Origin: Catajapyx aquilonaris
Taxonomy: Eukaryota
Direction of reading: 5' to 3'
Length of the DNA: 39,045 bases
Assembly: GCA_000934665.2 (NCBI GenBank)
Contig: KZ538949.1
Span: forward strand, 1 to 39,045
Part shown: piece by piece, positions 1 to 11,939 of the stretch
How the letters are laid out: the number at the start of each line of letters is the position of its first letter
Numbering within the stretch: the stretch's first letter is position 1
Program-made: the position numbers and the translations under genes
The notes under the pieces: model-generated
The model's input: the letters and a program-made list of their open reading frames with translations, nothing else
What the model was told of the DNA's origin: nothing
Database searches by the model: none

Positions 1-163
1 GCCGGTGGGCGAGCATGTGGGGGAGGGGGTGCGCACTACTTGCGACTACCGGCATCTAGCGTCCGGGGGGAGAAGCGCTCGTAGACTGTAGTTCGTGCGC
101 TGCCGCTGCGACATTTCTTGGTGGACCGATAGTACCAATACTACTTGGGTAGATGGTGTCAGT

Positions 164-317
164 CCCGGGTCTAATACCTACGGAAAAAATACGGACGGGA
201 TAAAATACCGACGGGAAAAAAGTGGAAAGGTATATGTTCTTTGTATATTTTCGGTAATAAAGCTGTCGGAAATTTATTCTGTCTGTATTATGTCTTTCGG
301 TATTACGTACCAGACCC
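164..317. mobile_element. Short degenerate inverted-repeat element (GGGTCT...AGACCC) between near-direct repeats
   Basis: AGATGGTGTCAGT (151-163) and AGATGGTGTGAGT (318-330) flank it. Internal AATACxGAC-like subterminal motifs occur in inverted orientation. Confidence 0.35.
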
Positions 318-380
318 AGATGGTGTGAGTAGGTGTCATTTTGGTATTCATAGGTGGAGAAAATAGAAGTAATATTTCAT

Positions 381-658
381 AATTGAGGAGCTCCGGAACA
401 AAATTATCTATGGATAAAAAACTAAAAAATCCTCGTATCACCAATAAATGATTAAAATCATCCCCCACGTGTCTTTATGCATATTCATTTATGTTTTAAT
501 ATCTACGTGTCTCTCATACATATATTCGCACCAACGATTTCAAAATAGTGTCATCTGTAGGCTACAAACAGTGAAGAAACACACGTAACTAACCACCTAT
601 CCCATTCTGACTCATTCTTTCATATACGTATACTACTTTGTTCCGGAGCCCTTCAATT
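381..658. mobile_element. MITE with 22-bp TIR AATTGA(A/G)G(G/A)GCTCCGGAACAAA
   Basis: 381-402 and 637-658 are inverted repeats with 2 mismatches. The terminal AATTGAAGGGCTCC is shared with the palindrome at 8085-8168. Confidence 0.6.
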
Positions 659-947
659 GACATACTCGTATTAGTAGCCTGAATCATCTAGTCAGACGTG
701 GCTTTCTAGCTGCAATCAGGCAGGCAAAATTAGTGGCATTAATTGTGGTAATGATACCTTATTTAAAGTATTATTCATGTACTCAATTTTGGTGCAAGTT
801 TAGCAGACAGCCCAAACGCTTCTGATTTCTACTTCAAAGTTTTGTTTTTGCAAATGTGGGCGATTCCCTTGTATTGGGATTAGGAGGGCTTATAGAGAAG
901 GCTGTTGCTTTATGCTATTCATTGAAGGTATTTTTTAACATGGCGAC

Positions 948-2114
948 ATGAACTGGAAGGATGGGACCCAGGAGGATTTCGGGAATGGCATCAGAGAAAC
1001 GCACCCGTGGGTTGATGTGGCTACACGATCTACAACATTGATTGTGGGAAACCTTGGTTTCACAGTGTCACCATCAGACTTGGAGGTGAGAAATGAGAAA
1101 GAATAATTAAAACTTTGATTCCATATCCTAATCTTGGGTTTTCAGAACCTGTTCCAGCATTTTGGGGCACTAGAGTCATGTTTCGTTAGGTACGCCGGGC
1201 GAGACATGAGCTGTGCCGACGTCATGTTTTCCAAGCACGAAGATGCGCTGCGAGCGAAAAAAGCACTTACTGGGTGGTGCTTCAATGGTAAGTTTGGGAC
1301 ATGAGATGGTTGCACAATAATGTTGTGGTTTTCAGGGGTGGAACATTACCTGTTGGAATCTTTGTAGGTCGAAAAATAAACATCGAGTTTGCCAAAATTG
1401 AGGCTCCAACAAGCCAGCACAGGAGCATGATAGCTGCATGCCGTGGTTTTGGGGGAGACCGTATTCAGGGTGACACTGCATTAGGCTCAAGGCGAGATGC
1501 GGATGGTGGCTGGGCACGAGGTAATGTTTTTGAATTTATGTCAAAACATTTCTTACCTTTTGCGTGCAGATAGAATATCTGAAAGTAGAGAGAGGCAAGT
1601 TATTTGAAACGGGAAAACTGACTAACAAGGCTAACCAAATATTTCCCTGAAAGATAAATGGGGGGCATTGAGAAACACAGCTTGGCTGCTGAACAGCAGA
1701 AATAGCAGCTAAAATAATACTAGACAATAATATTGTTTGTGTTGACCATAATATTATGAAATGTGAATCTTCTTTTAACCTCTCAGTTCTCTTGACGACT
1801 TGGGCAAAATTTGCATCACGACAGTTGTTCTGCAGTCATACAACCACTTATGGGACTGCAGGTGTATACTTTGCAATATATTATCTTGTTATTCTCATTT
1901 GTGAATATACCAAGTAGCCCTATACTGTATAAGTGTATATCAATAGTTGTTATTGCAGCGTAGCCCTATATGACCTACTATTTGCATTGATTCAACAGAA
2001 GGAGGTGGAGCCCGTGGCAGTCGAGGTGGCCAAACCAAAAGTTTTCCAACCCTGGAAGACTTAGGTGCTGAGCTTGATCATATCAACTTTGAACATAGAG
2101 GATGGCGTAGATGA
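948..2114 (+). CDS. ALY/REF (THOC4)-like RRM mRNA-export adaptor, divergent paralogue; exons 948-1085, 1146-1287, 1368-1520, 1999-2114 (182 aa)
   Basis: Manual splicing at GT..AG sites keeps one open frame: MNWKDG...TLIVGNLGFTVSPSDLE|NLFQHFGALESCFVRYAGRDMSCADVMFSKHEDALRAKKALTGWCFNG|RKINIEFAK...|EGGGARGSRGGQTKSFPTLEDLGAELDHI...*. The RRM resembles the ALY/REF pattern (LxVxNLxFxVSxxDxxxLFxxFGxL...ADVxF...DALxAxK...GRxxNI). It is followed by a Gly/Arg-rich linker and a REF-C-like motif (xEeLDAELD). The start is uncertain because of an in-frame TAA at 936-938. Confidence 0.78.
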
Positions 2115-2191
2115 GATGAGACCAGAAACAGTCCATCATGATCCCACGGTGGCAACCTCCTGACCAATAATTGGGGGGGGGGGGGGGGGGG

Positions 2192-2208
2192 NNNNNNNNN
2201 NNNNNNNN
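2192..2208. other. Assembly gap (17 N) after a poly-G run
   Basis: N characters in the sequence. Confidence 1.
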
Positions 2209-4279
2209 GGGAAGAAAAGTGGATTATTAAACATGGTATTTTGCCCATTGCAAGTAAACTATAGCCACTTTCCAGAGATATTAAGTCTTCTTTCTCTCCC
2301 CCCCCCCCCACCTTTTTCCCATTCTGCCCAACTCCCCTTCTCAAATCATGTTCAGGGACAATGAGACTTTTACTACTGTTCAAGAAATTGTGCAAAGTTT
2401 TTAATTTTTTGCACGAGGAAAGAAACAATACATGCAAGTACCGGCATCAGTTAATCTGAAAGCAGGTGTGCATGTCCAACATAATTATGGCTTTTAGGAA
2501 GTGTGACCATTATAATTATTAGTTTGTGATTGATATATTGTTTCATAATGGTGTGATTTCAAAGTTTTACCCTAGTATTTCTTAGCGTTTTTTCTGTTGT
2601 GTTGGCTGTTCCGCACAATTCCGTTGAATTAACAAATCGATGCAAATAATGTGACATGCAAGTGTATTGTTGTGGTTGACAGCAACACCGTTTGCACTAG
2701 CCTGCAACTGACTCGCATTACTCTTCTTTTGTGCCATATTTGTAAATGTGCCCACAAATTTCTGTTAATGAATAACTCTTTCGGAGGATGCAATGAACTA
2801 AGAGAGTTCTTTTAACTCCAGCGAAAGAGTTATTATTTAACTATATTTTTTAGAGAGTAAAAAATAACCACCATGGGCAAAATTTATACGATAACTCAAA
2901 CGACCAGGATACTTGGAACACACTACATTTCAAGTTAAATCACTATACTCCCCACCCTCAACATTATATTCCGAATCCCCCAGTCAATCTTGAGTCGAGT
3001 ATAATTTTGAATTTGCTTGAGCCATTTTACATGGCACTTTAGTGCCTGTTGCTGTAGTGAATCCGCAATTCATTACAATTCTTGCCAGGAATTATAGCAC
3101 TGCCCAATTTTTGATCAGAAGTGACAAGAGTGGGGAAGAAATATGTGAAGTGTTTTGTCCAGATTTGTTCAACTTGTGCATATACGCGTACATTGTGGCA
3201 TAATAGTGTGCATCAATATGGTTATTGATTTGTAATGTTTAAGTAATAAGAGAAAACATAGGGTATTGTGAGAAGCTAGTTCCCATAATCCATTGCATTG
3301 GTACACTAAGGAGGACACGCTATAATCAGGATTGTATCAAACTGTACCATTTCATGGTGATCAGGCTTAACATAAATTAACTGAAAGTCTCGTATATGTA
3401 ATTACATTAATCGTGATTGTTATTTTAAATTTGTTTCCCGTGGAAACTCGTGACATTAAAAATAATTTTATTTGGTATTTTGCTTTCTTTTCTTCTCTGA
3501 GCCTGGAATTGTGACATTCGTAGTATGAAATAATGTAACAATGGTACTGTATACTGTCAATAAGTTTTTGCCAAACGTATCCTAGGGTGATACAACTATC
3601 ATCACTCTTGTGCCCCCGCCCCATCGACTTAAGTTTGGGTGAGTGCTCCCTTCCTCAGAAGTGCCATAGAAATGTTATTCAGTAAAATATAGGAATAGGA
3701 GTCCTGCAAGGGCAAGCTCAATAAAGGTCTCATATTAGGTGACTTTCCTTGTCTATCTATGGGCATAATTTATAATATCGTCCAGTCATGACACTTTCGA
3801 CTGTGCCAAGTTTGGGAAAAATACGGAAGAGATAATTTTTAAAAATTCCTCTGACAATATATTATCGACTTCACAAAAAGAGATTTACCTACAGTACATT
3901 GGCAAACTTAAATGTGTAACTTTTATCAAATTACTCGAGGAAAGAACATCACAAATAGAAAATGTTTAAAACAGTTTAAATTTAAAACTGTAAGGAATGT
4001 GAAGTACTAATTACGCCCACTTTCCACCAACTCACCTTTAAGTAACAATAAACTTATACAGTAATTATTATTTACTGTACATCTACAGGATATACACATG
4101 CAGGCCTAGATAATTTTTTTAGATGTCCTAATTGGCTCTAGACCTGAAGTTTGCTGCATTTTTTTTTCCTCTGTAGGCTTACAACTTCCTCCTTGATTTG
4201 CCACTCCATACCTTTCTCCACACAAGCATAAGTTGAAGCAGTCCTAATCTTCTCTCCTGTATGGAATCAGCAGCCTTTC

Positions 4280-4600
4280 ACCATGTATGGCACTTTATCC
4301 TGCCGAACAGGGCAACCTGCGCAACGGATTAGAATGTCTGGTTTCAGAAGTCCAGGATGCAAAGTGCTCCACAGCAGTCGGATCCTTATTGAATTATTTT
4401 GATACTGTACTGGTAGTAGTTGAATCAAGGTTAAAATTTTGCAGTTACCAGTCCAGCTCCGATACATTCTATACATGTATGTATTTAAGATAATCTCTCT
4501 TACTAGTGGATTATCCAGCTGACAGAATAATAAAATGTGCCTGAAATGTTCAGGTGAGAAATGTCGATGCACCAATCTGTAACAAGGTACTGTACCTTTG
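4280..4600 (+). pseudogene. Possible decayed Mutator-like (MULE) transposase fragment
   Basis: Translation MALYPAEQ..GLECL..LLNYFDT followed by a frameshifted TAC TGG (YW) and a later R-x-TN loosely resembles the MULE C-terminal 'AL..LP...L...YF..yW...RTNN' region. This is an unverified resemblance. Confidence 0.3.
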
Positions 4601-4885
4601 TACCATACTCGTATTCGACGATGGACGTTTGGGTGACCCTTAGACAAACGCGTCTATCCACACTGCACCTTATTAATAGCGAGAGCGCCAGGGGCCTAGT
4701 TCGTAAATGCTATAACTTATTCAAGTGATTAATGTTTTGTTTCTCATTGAGAAGCACGACGCATTTACGTTTCATGAATATCCTTTCGAGACAAGTGCAG
4801 TATACCGGTACATACATATACGAGTAAAGCTTGAAGGCGAAGAATCCCATTTGATAATGAATTTCTGGCACGGTATATACTTGTA

Positions 4886-5525
4886 GAGACAGTCCCCGTC
4901 TTACAGTACGTACCTCCGCCACGTATTACAGTATAGATTCAGACTTAGGTATGCCTATTTTTTAAAATTCTATATGCGGAAACAAATTCCACGAAACTCC
5001 AAATGCCGGCTATTGCGGAAACACGCGTTTTTCTGCTCGTGGCAACACTAACCAGCCCGCTCCACGTACGAGATTCTCGCATACGAGGAGCCGCGAGGAG
5101 CCAACTGCCCATGCCCAGATACGAGGAAAGGAGGAAAAAGTTGAAAATTTTCAACTTTTTCCCCTTTCCTAGTATCTAGGCATGCGCAGTTGGCTCCTCG
5201 CGGCTCCTCGTATGTGAGAATCTCGTACGTGGATACCAGCCTTTATTTCCTTACTCACAAGTTTGTCAGTTTACACGTGACAGAATAGACAGACATTTGC
5301 GACCCCGCTTCTGGCCCTCGCGGGGAACACATTCCCGTTCGCAATTGCCTCAACTGAGTACTACGACAGTGACTCCAATAGAGATATACTCAAGGATGTA
5401 TACTGTACACGTACAGTACGAGTACAGTGCAGTATAATGTGTAATAAAAAAACAGGTTTCGAGTTACGCAAAATCGACTTGCGTGTAATGTTAAGGAACG
5501 ATCCACGTAAGTGGGGGACTGCCTC
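4886..5525. mobile_element. Tigger/pogo-like non-autonomous DNA element, TA TSD
   Basis: Left end TA-GAGACAGTCCCCGTCTTAC and right end GTAAGTGGGGGACTGCCTC-TA form an imperfect TIR of ~19 bp. Confidence 0.5.
5061..5233. repeat. 173-bp imperfect palindrome (hairpin-type MITE) nested in the 4886-5525 element
   Basis: TCCACGTACGAGATTCTC...GAGAATCTCGTACGTGGA, centred on GTTGAAAA|TTTTCAAC, with a few mismatches and a small indel. Confidence 0.85.
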
Positions 5526-5527
5526 TA

Positions 5528-5952
5528 CAGGGTGTATCTGAACTCAGTGCCCCGACGTATATGACAGCCTTCCTAGCCACCAGAGGATCAACTTATGTAG
5601 AGGAGTCTTTATGTCTGGGCAGCCTCATTACTGAGATACTCTCTTTAGCGATTTTTACCTAATCGCTCCTTCTGACTTTTAAATAGAATTTTCTGGTGTA
5701 ACTAGCCAAAGAGGCCTTACCACCTGTGGGCAACAAACCAACAAAGTCCCACCCCCAGACCTTCCAGAGCCTTCTGACTGGGGGAGGGTTCGATGGGTGG
5801 CCTAACCGACAGGATATTTTGTACTACATGTTTGCGGCCAATTATCTCCGTAATGCGGCGGCCAAACATAATGACTCCTGTACTTAAATCGATCCTCTGG
5901 TGGCTAGGAAGGCAGTCATATACGTCGGGGCACTGAGTTCAGATACACCCTG
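5528..5952. mobile_element. Tc1/mariner-type MITE (CAGGGTG termini, TA TSD)
   Basis: 62-bp TIRs at 5528-5589 and 5891-5952 with one mismatch, flanked by TA on both sides. Confidence 0.9.
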
Positions 5953-6028
5953 TATATTTTAAATAGTGTCACTTATTGCTGATATACAACCCATTGCAAA
6001 TCGCACGGAACTGAAGCCAGGCTGCTGT

Positions 6029-6538
6029 CAAGGGGGTAATCACTTCGGTACTCCGGTGTACACCTGGGAGTGGTACTCCCTGGTACTCCTCAGGCACCTC
6101 ACTCTTTATTACTCCGTGGTAAGGGGAGACTGAGTGGCGCCGCGGTAACGTGCGCGCCCACGGATGTTAAGGTCCCGGGTTCGATCCCAGCCCGGGGACA
6201 CCCCCTTCATCTCGTGCAGAGTTTAGGGCCATCTCTGACTTCGTCTAGGGTGGTATTTCCTATAGACTAAACCACCCAGGGGAGCTCACAAAATGACCAC
6301 ATATGTCATTGCACTGCACTTGCACATCCCCTCCTGTCATCCTCCCTATCGCTCGCGGTACCCGGGCGTTACGGCAAAAGGACCAACTGTATCAAGCTTG
6401 TACAAATTTAAGCATAAATAAAGGTACTGTGCCGATGCCCTAGGGCGGTGCACTAAGCCCCAATTATTTATTACTCCGTGGTACTCCTTGAATTTGGTAC
6501 TCCAGTGTACACTTTTCAGTCGAGTGATTACCCCCTTG
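6029..6538. mobile_element. MITE with 16-bp TIR CAAGGGGGTAATCACT and 8-bp TSD (hAT/P-type), interrupted by a SINE
   Basis: TSD GCTGCTGT at 6021-6028 and 6539-6546, internal GGTACTCC repeats, and an uninterrupted relative at 37189-37350. Confidence 0.88.
6122..6466 (+). mobile_element. tRNA-derived SINE, family A, copy 1
   Basis: A-box TGGCGCCGCGG, B-box GGTTCGATCCC, and 17-bp TSD TTTATTACTCCGTGGTA (6105-6121 / 6467-6483). Confidence 0.9.
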
Positions 6539-8084
6539 GCTGCTGTCCTGTACTTGGCGAATACTGCTATTTTATCACTGAAATAAAATATTAGGGTTAA
6601 TAATCGTTCTGTTAAATATGTGCGACTTGGACGAATGAAAAGCACCTAATTGTCAAGTTCTTGTTTCACATAACTTCACGAAATTACTGTAGTAAACAAC
6701 AAACAACAACAACACCATCGTGACATTTTCCTGTAAGGGGTAATCAGCGATGAAGGAGACGCAAGTTAACTCCACATAATTATGAACTAAAACAACACCC
6801 CAATTACATATATATCAGCAAAACAATTAAACAATTACACATTTTCATAAACGACTTGTAAAATTAAAAAGAATATAATCTAATTAGTGTAGTAGTCCAA
6901 CTAATAACTGATTGAGTGACAAAACTGATAACAGTGATAAGTAAATGGACCACTCACTTCCAAGTTGTCTGTTTCATAAAATTGGACAATTTACATGACT
7001 GAATTATTGTTGTTTTCAAGTGGTGCATTACAAAAACCCATCGATATGCGACAATACAATATTAATGTTATTTGACTCTCTGGGTAACAATCGCGCAAGG
7101 AAAAAATGTACTGCTAGCAACAGGAATTATTGTCACATACCAGTAATATAATTTTTGCAACAAAATTTCGATGGTCCAGCCACCACATTGCGTGCAAATT
7201 AATATTTTCTTTTGAATTCATTAGGAACTTGAGGATGTCCCCAGCAAAACTGGGGAGAAATGAAATAATAACAGTAACTTTTCTTCCAACATACAGTATC
7301 TTATTTAAATATTAAAACAGGTGTTCATTGAAAAATGAGGTCAAACGTCACAAGTCCCACCACAAGAAAAACATATTTCGCAATATGATTAGAACACTAC
7401 CTTTATCCATCGTAATATTGTACAATCATTCGATTTTGCTGATGCTTCCCAACAGTGCCTATTATAGGCACATGTCATAAATTAAAGTTATGAAGCAAAA
7501 ATATACGTACTACAAAATAATGGTTAGTGGGCCAAATTTTTAATACATACGCGGATCAACACGCGGATGGTTATATAGAATTGAAATTGCTTTCGGCCGA
7601 TCATTACGCAGCAAGAAATCCGTCATTCTCGTTATCTTTTGTGTATCTAATATAATTATTACGAGATACCCTGCCAACGCTCCTGAATTAATTTATACGA
7701 TTCCAGACTGAGAAGTGACCTGAAACAGCACTGAGGGAAATTGACAAAAAAATTATGAAATAGAAAGTTGCATGATTTCCCAAATGCAATATAAAAAAAT
7801 CAGAACCCTCAACTTGATCCTTGAGAGTTGTTTTTTGAGGGTCAACTTTGTCAAGGTTTCTTGGCGGTCACTATCACAGCACCCGCATTTATCCGCTATA
7901 ATCTAGTCCACAATAATAGGTTGCAAAATCTCAATGTCAGCCTGAATTTCAAGGTGACGTTCCTGCATCTTAATGAATACCAAAAAATTATATTACCCAA
8001 ACTGCAAGAACTCACACTGGATTATCAACTCCCGTACGTTACAACATCTTATTAATTAATATCAAAATACAACATAGGCCTAAT

Positions 8085-8168
8085 AATTGAAGGGCTCCAT
8101 GGAAGAAGGGGGTAACTAGATGGGAATTCCCATCTAGTTACCCCCTTCTTCCATGGAGCCCTTCAATT
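8085..8168. repeat. 84-bp perfect spacerless palindrome with MITE-like termini
   Basis: AATTGAAGGGCTCCATGG...GGGAA|TTCCC...CCATGGAGCCCTTCAATT. Confidence 0.92.
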
Positions 8169-9439
8169 GACATTAACTCTTTAGGGGACTGCCGCCGATC
8201 AGAAAAAATGAATATTCCATCGTTATATAATGCCTCATTTCATCGCTTACTGTATTATTACTACGCAGCTATTTTAAATTACACAGCAAATTGCCAATTT
8301 GTAATTAATGGGATGCAACCAAAATAAGAACTGTCATTAGCTACAAAAATGGCATATTGAAAATGTTATCTTTCATAATATCAAAATTAGTCATTGAAAG
8401 TAATTTCATCGCCGCTTTTGCTTTTATTATGAAAGCTCTAAAGCGGCGATAGTCCGAATGGCAGTTGTAAGCTATGAGATGAGAGCAAGTTTCCAAAAAT
8501 GTATACTGTACTGTAAATAACTTAAATCTACAAGTACTATCAAGCTTTTGTTCTGAGTTTTGAATCCCATCATGATTTTTATTATATTATAGTACAGTAC
8601 AATATATTACATTACACGGTACCGGTATATATTATTTGATATGTATTATTAAATCTTCATCTGTCAAGTACAAATTTTTACAAATGCAAAGTTGCCATTT
8701 TGAAATATAAATGTTGTAAGTCACCTCGACTGTGGCCTCAATATTAACAGATATGTACGATCTTCTACTTCGCATGATGGAGGTTATTCTAACTGCTTGC
8801 CTTCGTCACACTAAGGTATATACATACAGTAATAATTATGGAGTATCATAAAATATAATAGTCACCTTTAATCATAATGGTGTAGTGAAATGCACAATAT
8901 TTTCATTTAGCCCAAAAAACGAAAGTTTGGATATCTTTATAAAGCCGACTCCATACCATTTTCCTAAGAGGACAATGTACACTTCAAAGTAATTTAACTG
9001 TAGAAGTTTCGTATAAAATGTTCTGCAATTAATTTCGCCTTATTACCTTCAAAAACATCTGACCTCAAACCAAGAGAAAAAGATACGGTATACATTTTCT
9101 CCAAAATACTTGCATAATATTACTTTCTGAATTTTAAAAAAAAAACTTTTGAAAACTAATATAAAAACCACATGACTATAGTTGGGTGTGTCACATTTGT
9201 TCGCAAAAAAATGACAATGAGCCTAACCAAAATTATTCAAATTGCCTGAATTATAATGGAAGTAATCTCCTACAAAAATTCCAACCATCTTTTATCAGAT
9301 TACATTGTCATGTGATTATCATCATTCCGCCTTTAAGGTCTTCGAGGTTTTGTTATACACCAGCCTAATTATGACCACAGGCTTACGCGTCTCTTTCACT
9401 CAACTTCTTTAAGAAGTGAATTTTCCCATTTACAACTAA

Positions 9440-9441
<2 letters not shown>

Positions 9442-9515
<74 letters not shown>
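9442..9515. repeat. (TA)n microsatellite (SINE tail)
   Basis: Read directly from the sequence. Confidence 0.95.
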
Positions 9516-9519
<4 letters not shown>

Positions 9520-9836
9520 TGCATTACCCCATTGGGAGTTACATTTCCTTTAGGGGGGTGGAATACCACCATTTGGGTGGAACCGGTATACTAAGATAGT
9601 ATTTAGTGTGTTCCAAGGGTAGGTAGGAGGGGATGTGCAAAGTGCGTGTGCAATGTCGTTGATGTGCCGTTTTGTGAACTCCCCCGGGTGGCATATGTGG
9701 AAGGATCGCCACCCGAAACGAAGCCAGAGACGGTCTCACTCTGCGCGAGATGAAGGGGGGAACCCCGGGTTGGGATCGAACCCGGGACCTTAACATCCGC
9801 GGGCGCATACGTTACCGCAGCGCCACTTCGCCTCCC
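9447..9836 (-). mobile_element. tRNA-derived SINE, family A, copy 2, with (TA)n tail
   Basis: Head and body are homologous to the 6122 copy. TSD CAACTAACTTATAT (9433-9446 / 9837-9850). Confidence 0.88.
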
Positions 9837-10249
9837 CAACTAACTTATATTACACTTGACGAAGACGGTGGTACTGAATCCTCTTAATTGAGTTTACGAA
9901 ACAGAAGCCTCTTTGTGCATTGGAAATCGTTCGCGTAAAGCGGAATTCCAAGTAAGTCTTACATATTTAATCAATCTAAGTTTTCAAGGAAACTGAAAAC
10001 GTATAAGGTGAACAATTTCCATTTTGCTCTCAATTAAAAAATTACACAATAAAACAATTCTGAAAACAATATAAGCTTAAGTTTCATAAATGACGAAAAG
10101 AGACATACAATTTTGTAAAGTGTGCTTGCAGCCTGTCACTCAGTTAGTTTCATCCCGTTGGTAAAGCTTATTTCAGTTGTAATACAGCAGTAGAGTAGAT
10201 AAAATGTACCGACGCGACGTATTCGACTTAAGAGTAATATAAATTTATA

Positions 10250-10796
10250 CAGGGTGAAGGGAAACTCGCGCCCAATAGCCAAGTAGACTGATAGTAGCCT
10301 ACTCGAAAAACTAATATAGGGATGTGCAATTAGTTTTGGGCTCCGTTTCATAGTTAATGCGCACGGCGCCGTCAAAGCTTAGTGACGTCACATCCGTTCT
10401 GCTAGCTTCTAAGAAGCAAAAGTCAGTTAGAGGGCCTCCGGTCCCTTTCCTTGGTCCCCTAACACATCGTCCATGTGCAAAAGGCGATCAAATCCCGTCA
10501 GAGTAAGAATTAGGGTAATATACGAGAAGTAAAAACGAAAGCAAGAGTTCCAGATAAAAAAGATATGGTGGTATCCCACCCCCCTAAGAGGGCCCATGGC
10601 TCTAGCACGGGGTACAAAATAATAGTAAGAATTCGGGTACGACACCCATGCACTTTGTCGTTTTTGCCTCGTATTCCACCATCCGCATTAACTACGCAAC
10701 GGACCCAAAAACGAATTGAACATCCCTATATTAGTTTTGCGAGTAGGCCTACTATAAGTCTACCTGGCGATTTGGCGCGAGTTTCCCTTCACCCTG
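10250..10796. mobile_element. Tc1/mariner-type MITE (CAGGGTGAAGGGAAACTCGCGCC termini, TA TSD)
   Basis: Imperfect TIRs of ~110 bp (10250-10360 / 10684-10796) with TA flanks. Confidence 0.85.
10518..10623 (+). mobile_element. 5'-truncated retroposon 3' end inserted in the MITE
   Basis: 16-bp TSD AGTAAGAATT(A/C)GGGTA (10502-10517 / 10624-10639). It contains ATGGTGGTATCCCACCCCCCTAA, 22/23 identical to the tail of SINE copy 2. Confidence 0.65.
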
Positions 10797-10863
10797 TATT
10801 ATCATGTGATGGAGTGAAAAGAAGTTGATGGATTCTCTCCGTATTTGAGTGAGTTTTGAGTGA

Positions 10864-11069
10864 GCAAAGTGCATGTGCAATGTCTCTAACGGTCATTTTG
10901 TGAGCTCCCCCGGGTGACTTAGTCTGTCGGAAATTGCCACCCGAAATGAAGCCAGAGATGGCCCAACTCTGCCCGGATAAAGGTGGGAACCCCGAGTGGG
11001 GATCGAACCCGGGACCTTAATATCCGTGGGCGCGAGCGTTACGGTACCGCTGCGCCACTTCACCTCCCC
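10864..11069 (-). mobile_element. tRNA-derived SINE, family A, copy 3 (3'-truncated)
   Basis: GGGGAGGTGAAGTGGCGCAGCGGTA...GGTTCGATCCC head. The body matches 9637-9836. Confidence 0.88.

Positions 11070-11143
<74 letters not shown>
11070..11143. repeat. (AAT)n microsatellite
   Basis: Read directly. It is the source of the poly-I/N/Y ORFs in the track. Confidence 0.95.
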
Positions 11144-11144
<1 letters not shown>

Positions 11145-11806
11145 GGAAATAATAATTTTGTGGTGGAGAAAGTTCATGAATATCTACGGGTATGACCAAG
11201 TTTTTCATCTTCATCACCATGTAATTGCAAACCTAATCTGTCTAATTTAGTGTTAGTGCTGAAGATGACAACGGTGAGCGCTGCATGGCTTCTCAAGTAT
11301 TTTTTGTGACGGTTGTCAAAATTACTAATCAAGAGCACGCGAATGTACGTCCACAAAAGGATAAAATAATCTCGGAAGTGTATCTTAGCAATAAATTATT
11401 CTCAATAGTTTTATGCGATATATTAATAAAACTTATTTTAATATTACATTATTATTTCATTTACTTTCCAATGTTCCAACAAAATCTACCAGTGAGCACA
11501 TTTCTACAAATTATAATGTATTCAGTATTATAAAAAACAGAGTTGACGTCACTATGACCGCCAATAATATCAACAATAGAATTAACAGTTAAATGCTTTT
11601 GTGGCCCGTAACCCATTAAATGATTTCCACAAGCATTTTTTGATATTGTGGCAAATCTCACTGGTTACTTATCTTGCATGTGGATGCGGTACATGACTCC
11701 TTACGTGCACATGATGAAAGGAAAAATCGTGACAAAGATAACCTTTGACGTCACTCAGTAGAGGAGGGAGGACAGAGAAGGGCAAAAATGTAAGTTATGA
11801 AAAAAT

Positions 11807-11812
11807 TTTATT
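11807..11812 (-). terminator. Polyadenylation signal AATAAA of cuticle gene 1
   Basis: TTTATT on the + strand, ~130 nt past the stop. Confidence 0.55.
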
Positions 11813-11939
11813 CCACAAAATTAAATAATGGCAACAACGACCATCAGAAATGTACTAAAAAAACCATCCTACAACAAAACAGACCCGAACTTGAGGAGGT
11901 ATTAAGTACAATCTAGGTAATCAGCTGGAGGGGAACTGC

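Noticed and set aside
1570..1594. Extra small exon in the ALY/REF-like gene (cag|ATAGAA...GAGAG|gcaagt)
   Set aside because: It would need a 49-nt intron and a GC donor, and it ends in a phase incompatible with exon 4.
6047..6505. Short GGTACTCC repeats resembling a CRISPR-like array
   Set aside because: The context is eukaryotic, the repeats are only 8 bp and irregularly spaced, and they are internal repeats of a TIR/TSD-bounded MITE.
8183..8456. Possible MITE with GGACT(G/A)(C/T)CGCCG inverted ends
   Set aside because: The match is only ~12 bp and imperfect, with no TSD.
10893..11250. Poly-Ile/Asn/Tyr ORFs, and poly-Thr/Tyr ORFs at 38747-39005
   Set aside because: They are translations of trinucleotide microsatellites and adjacent SINE sequence.
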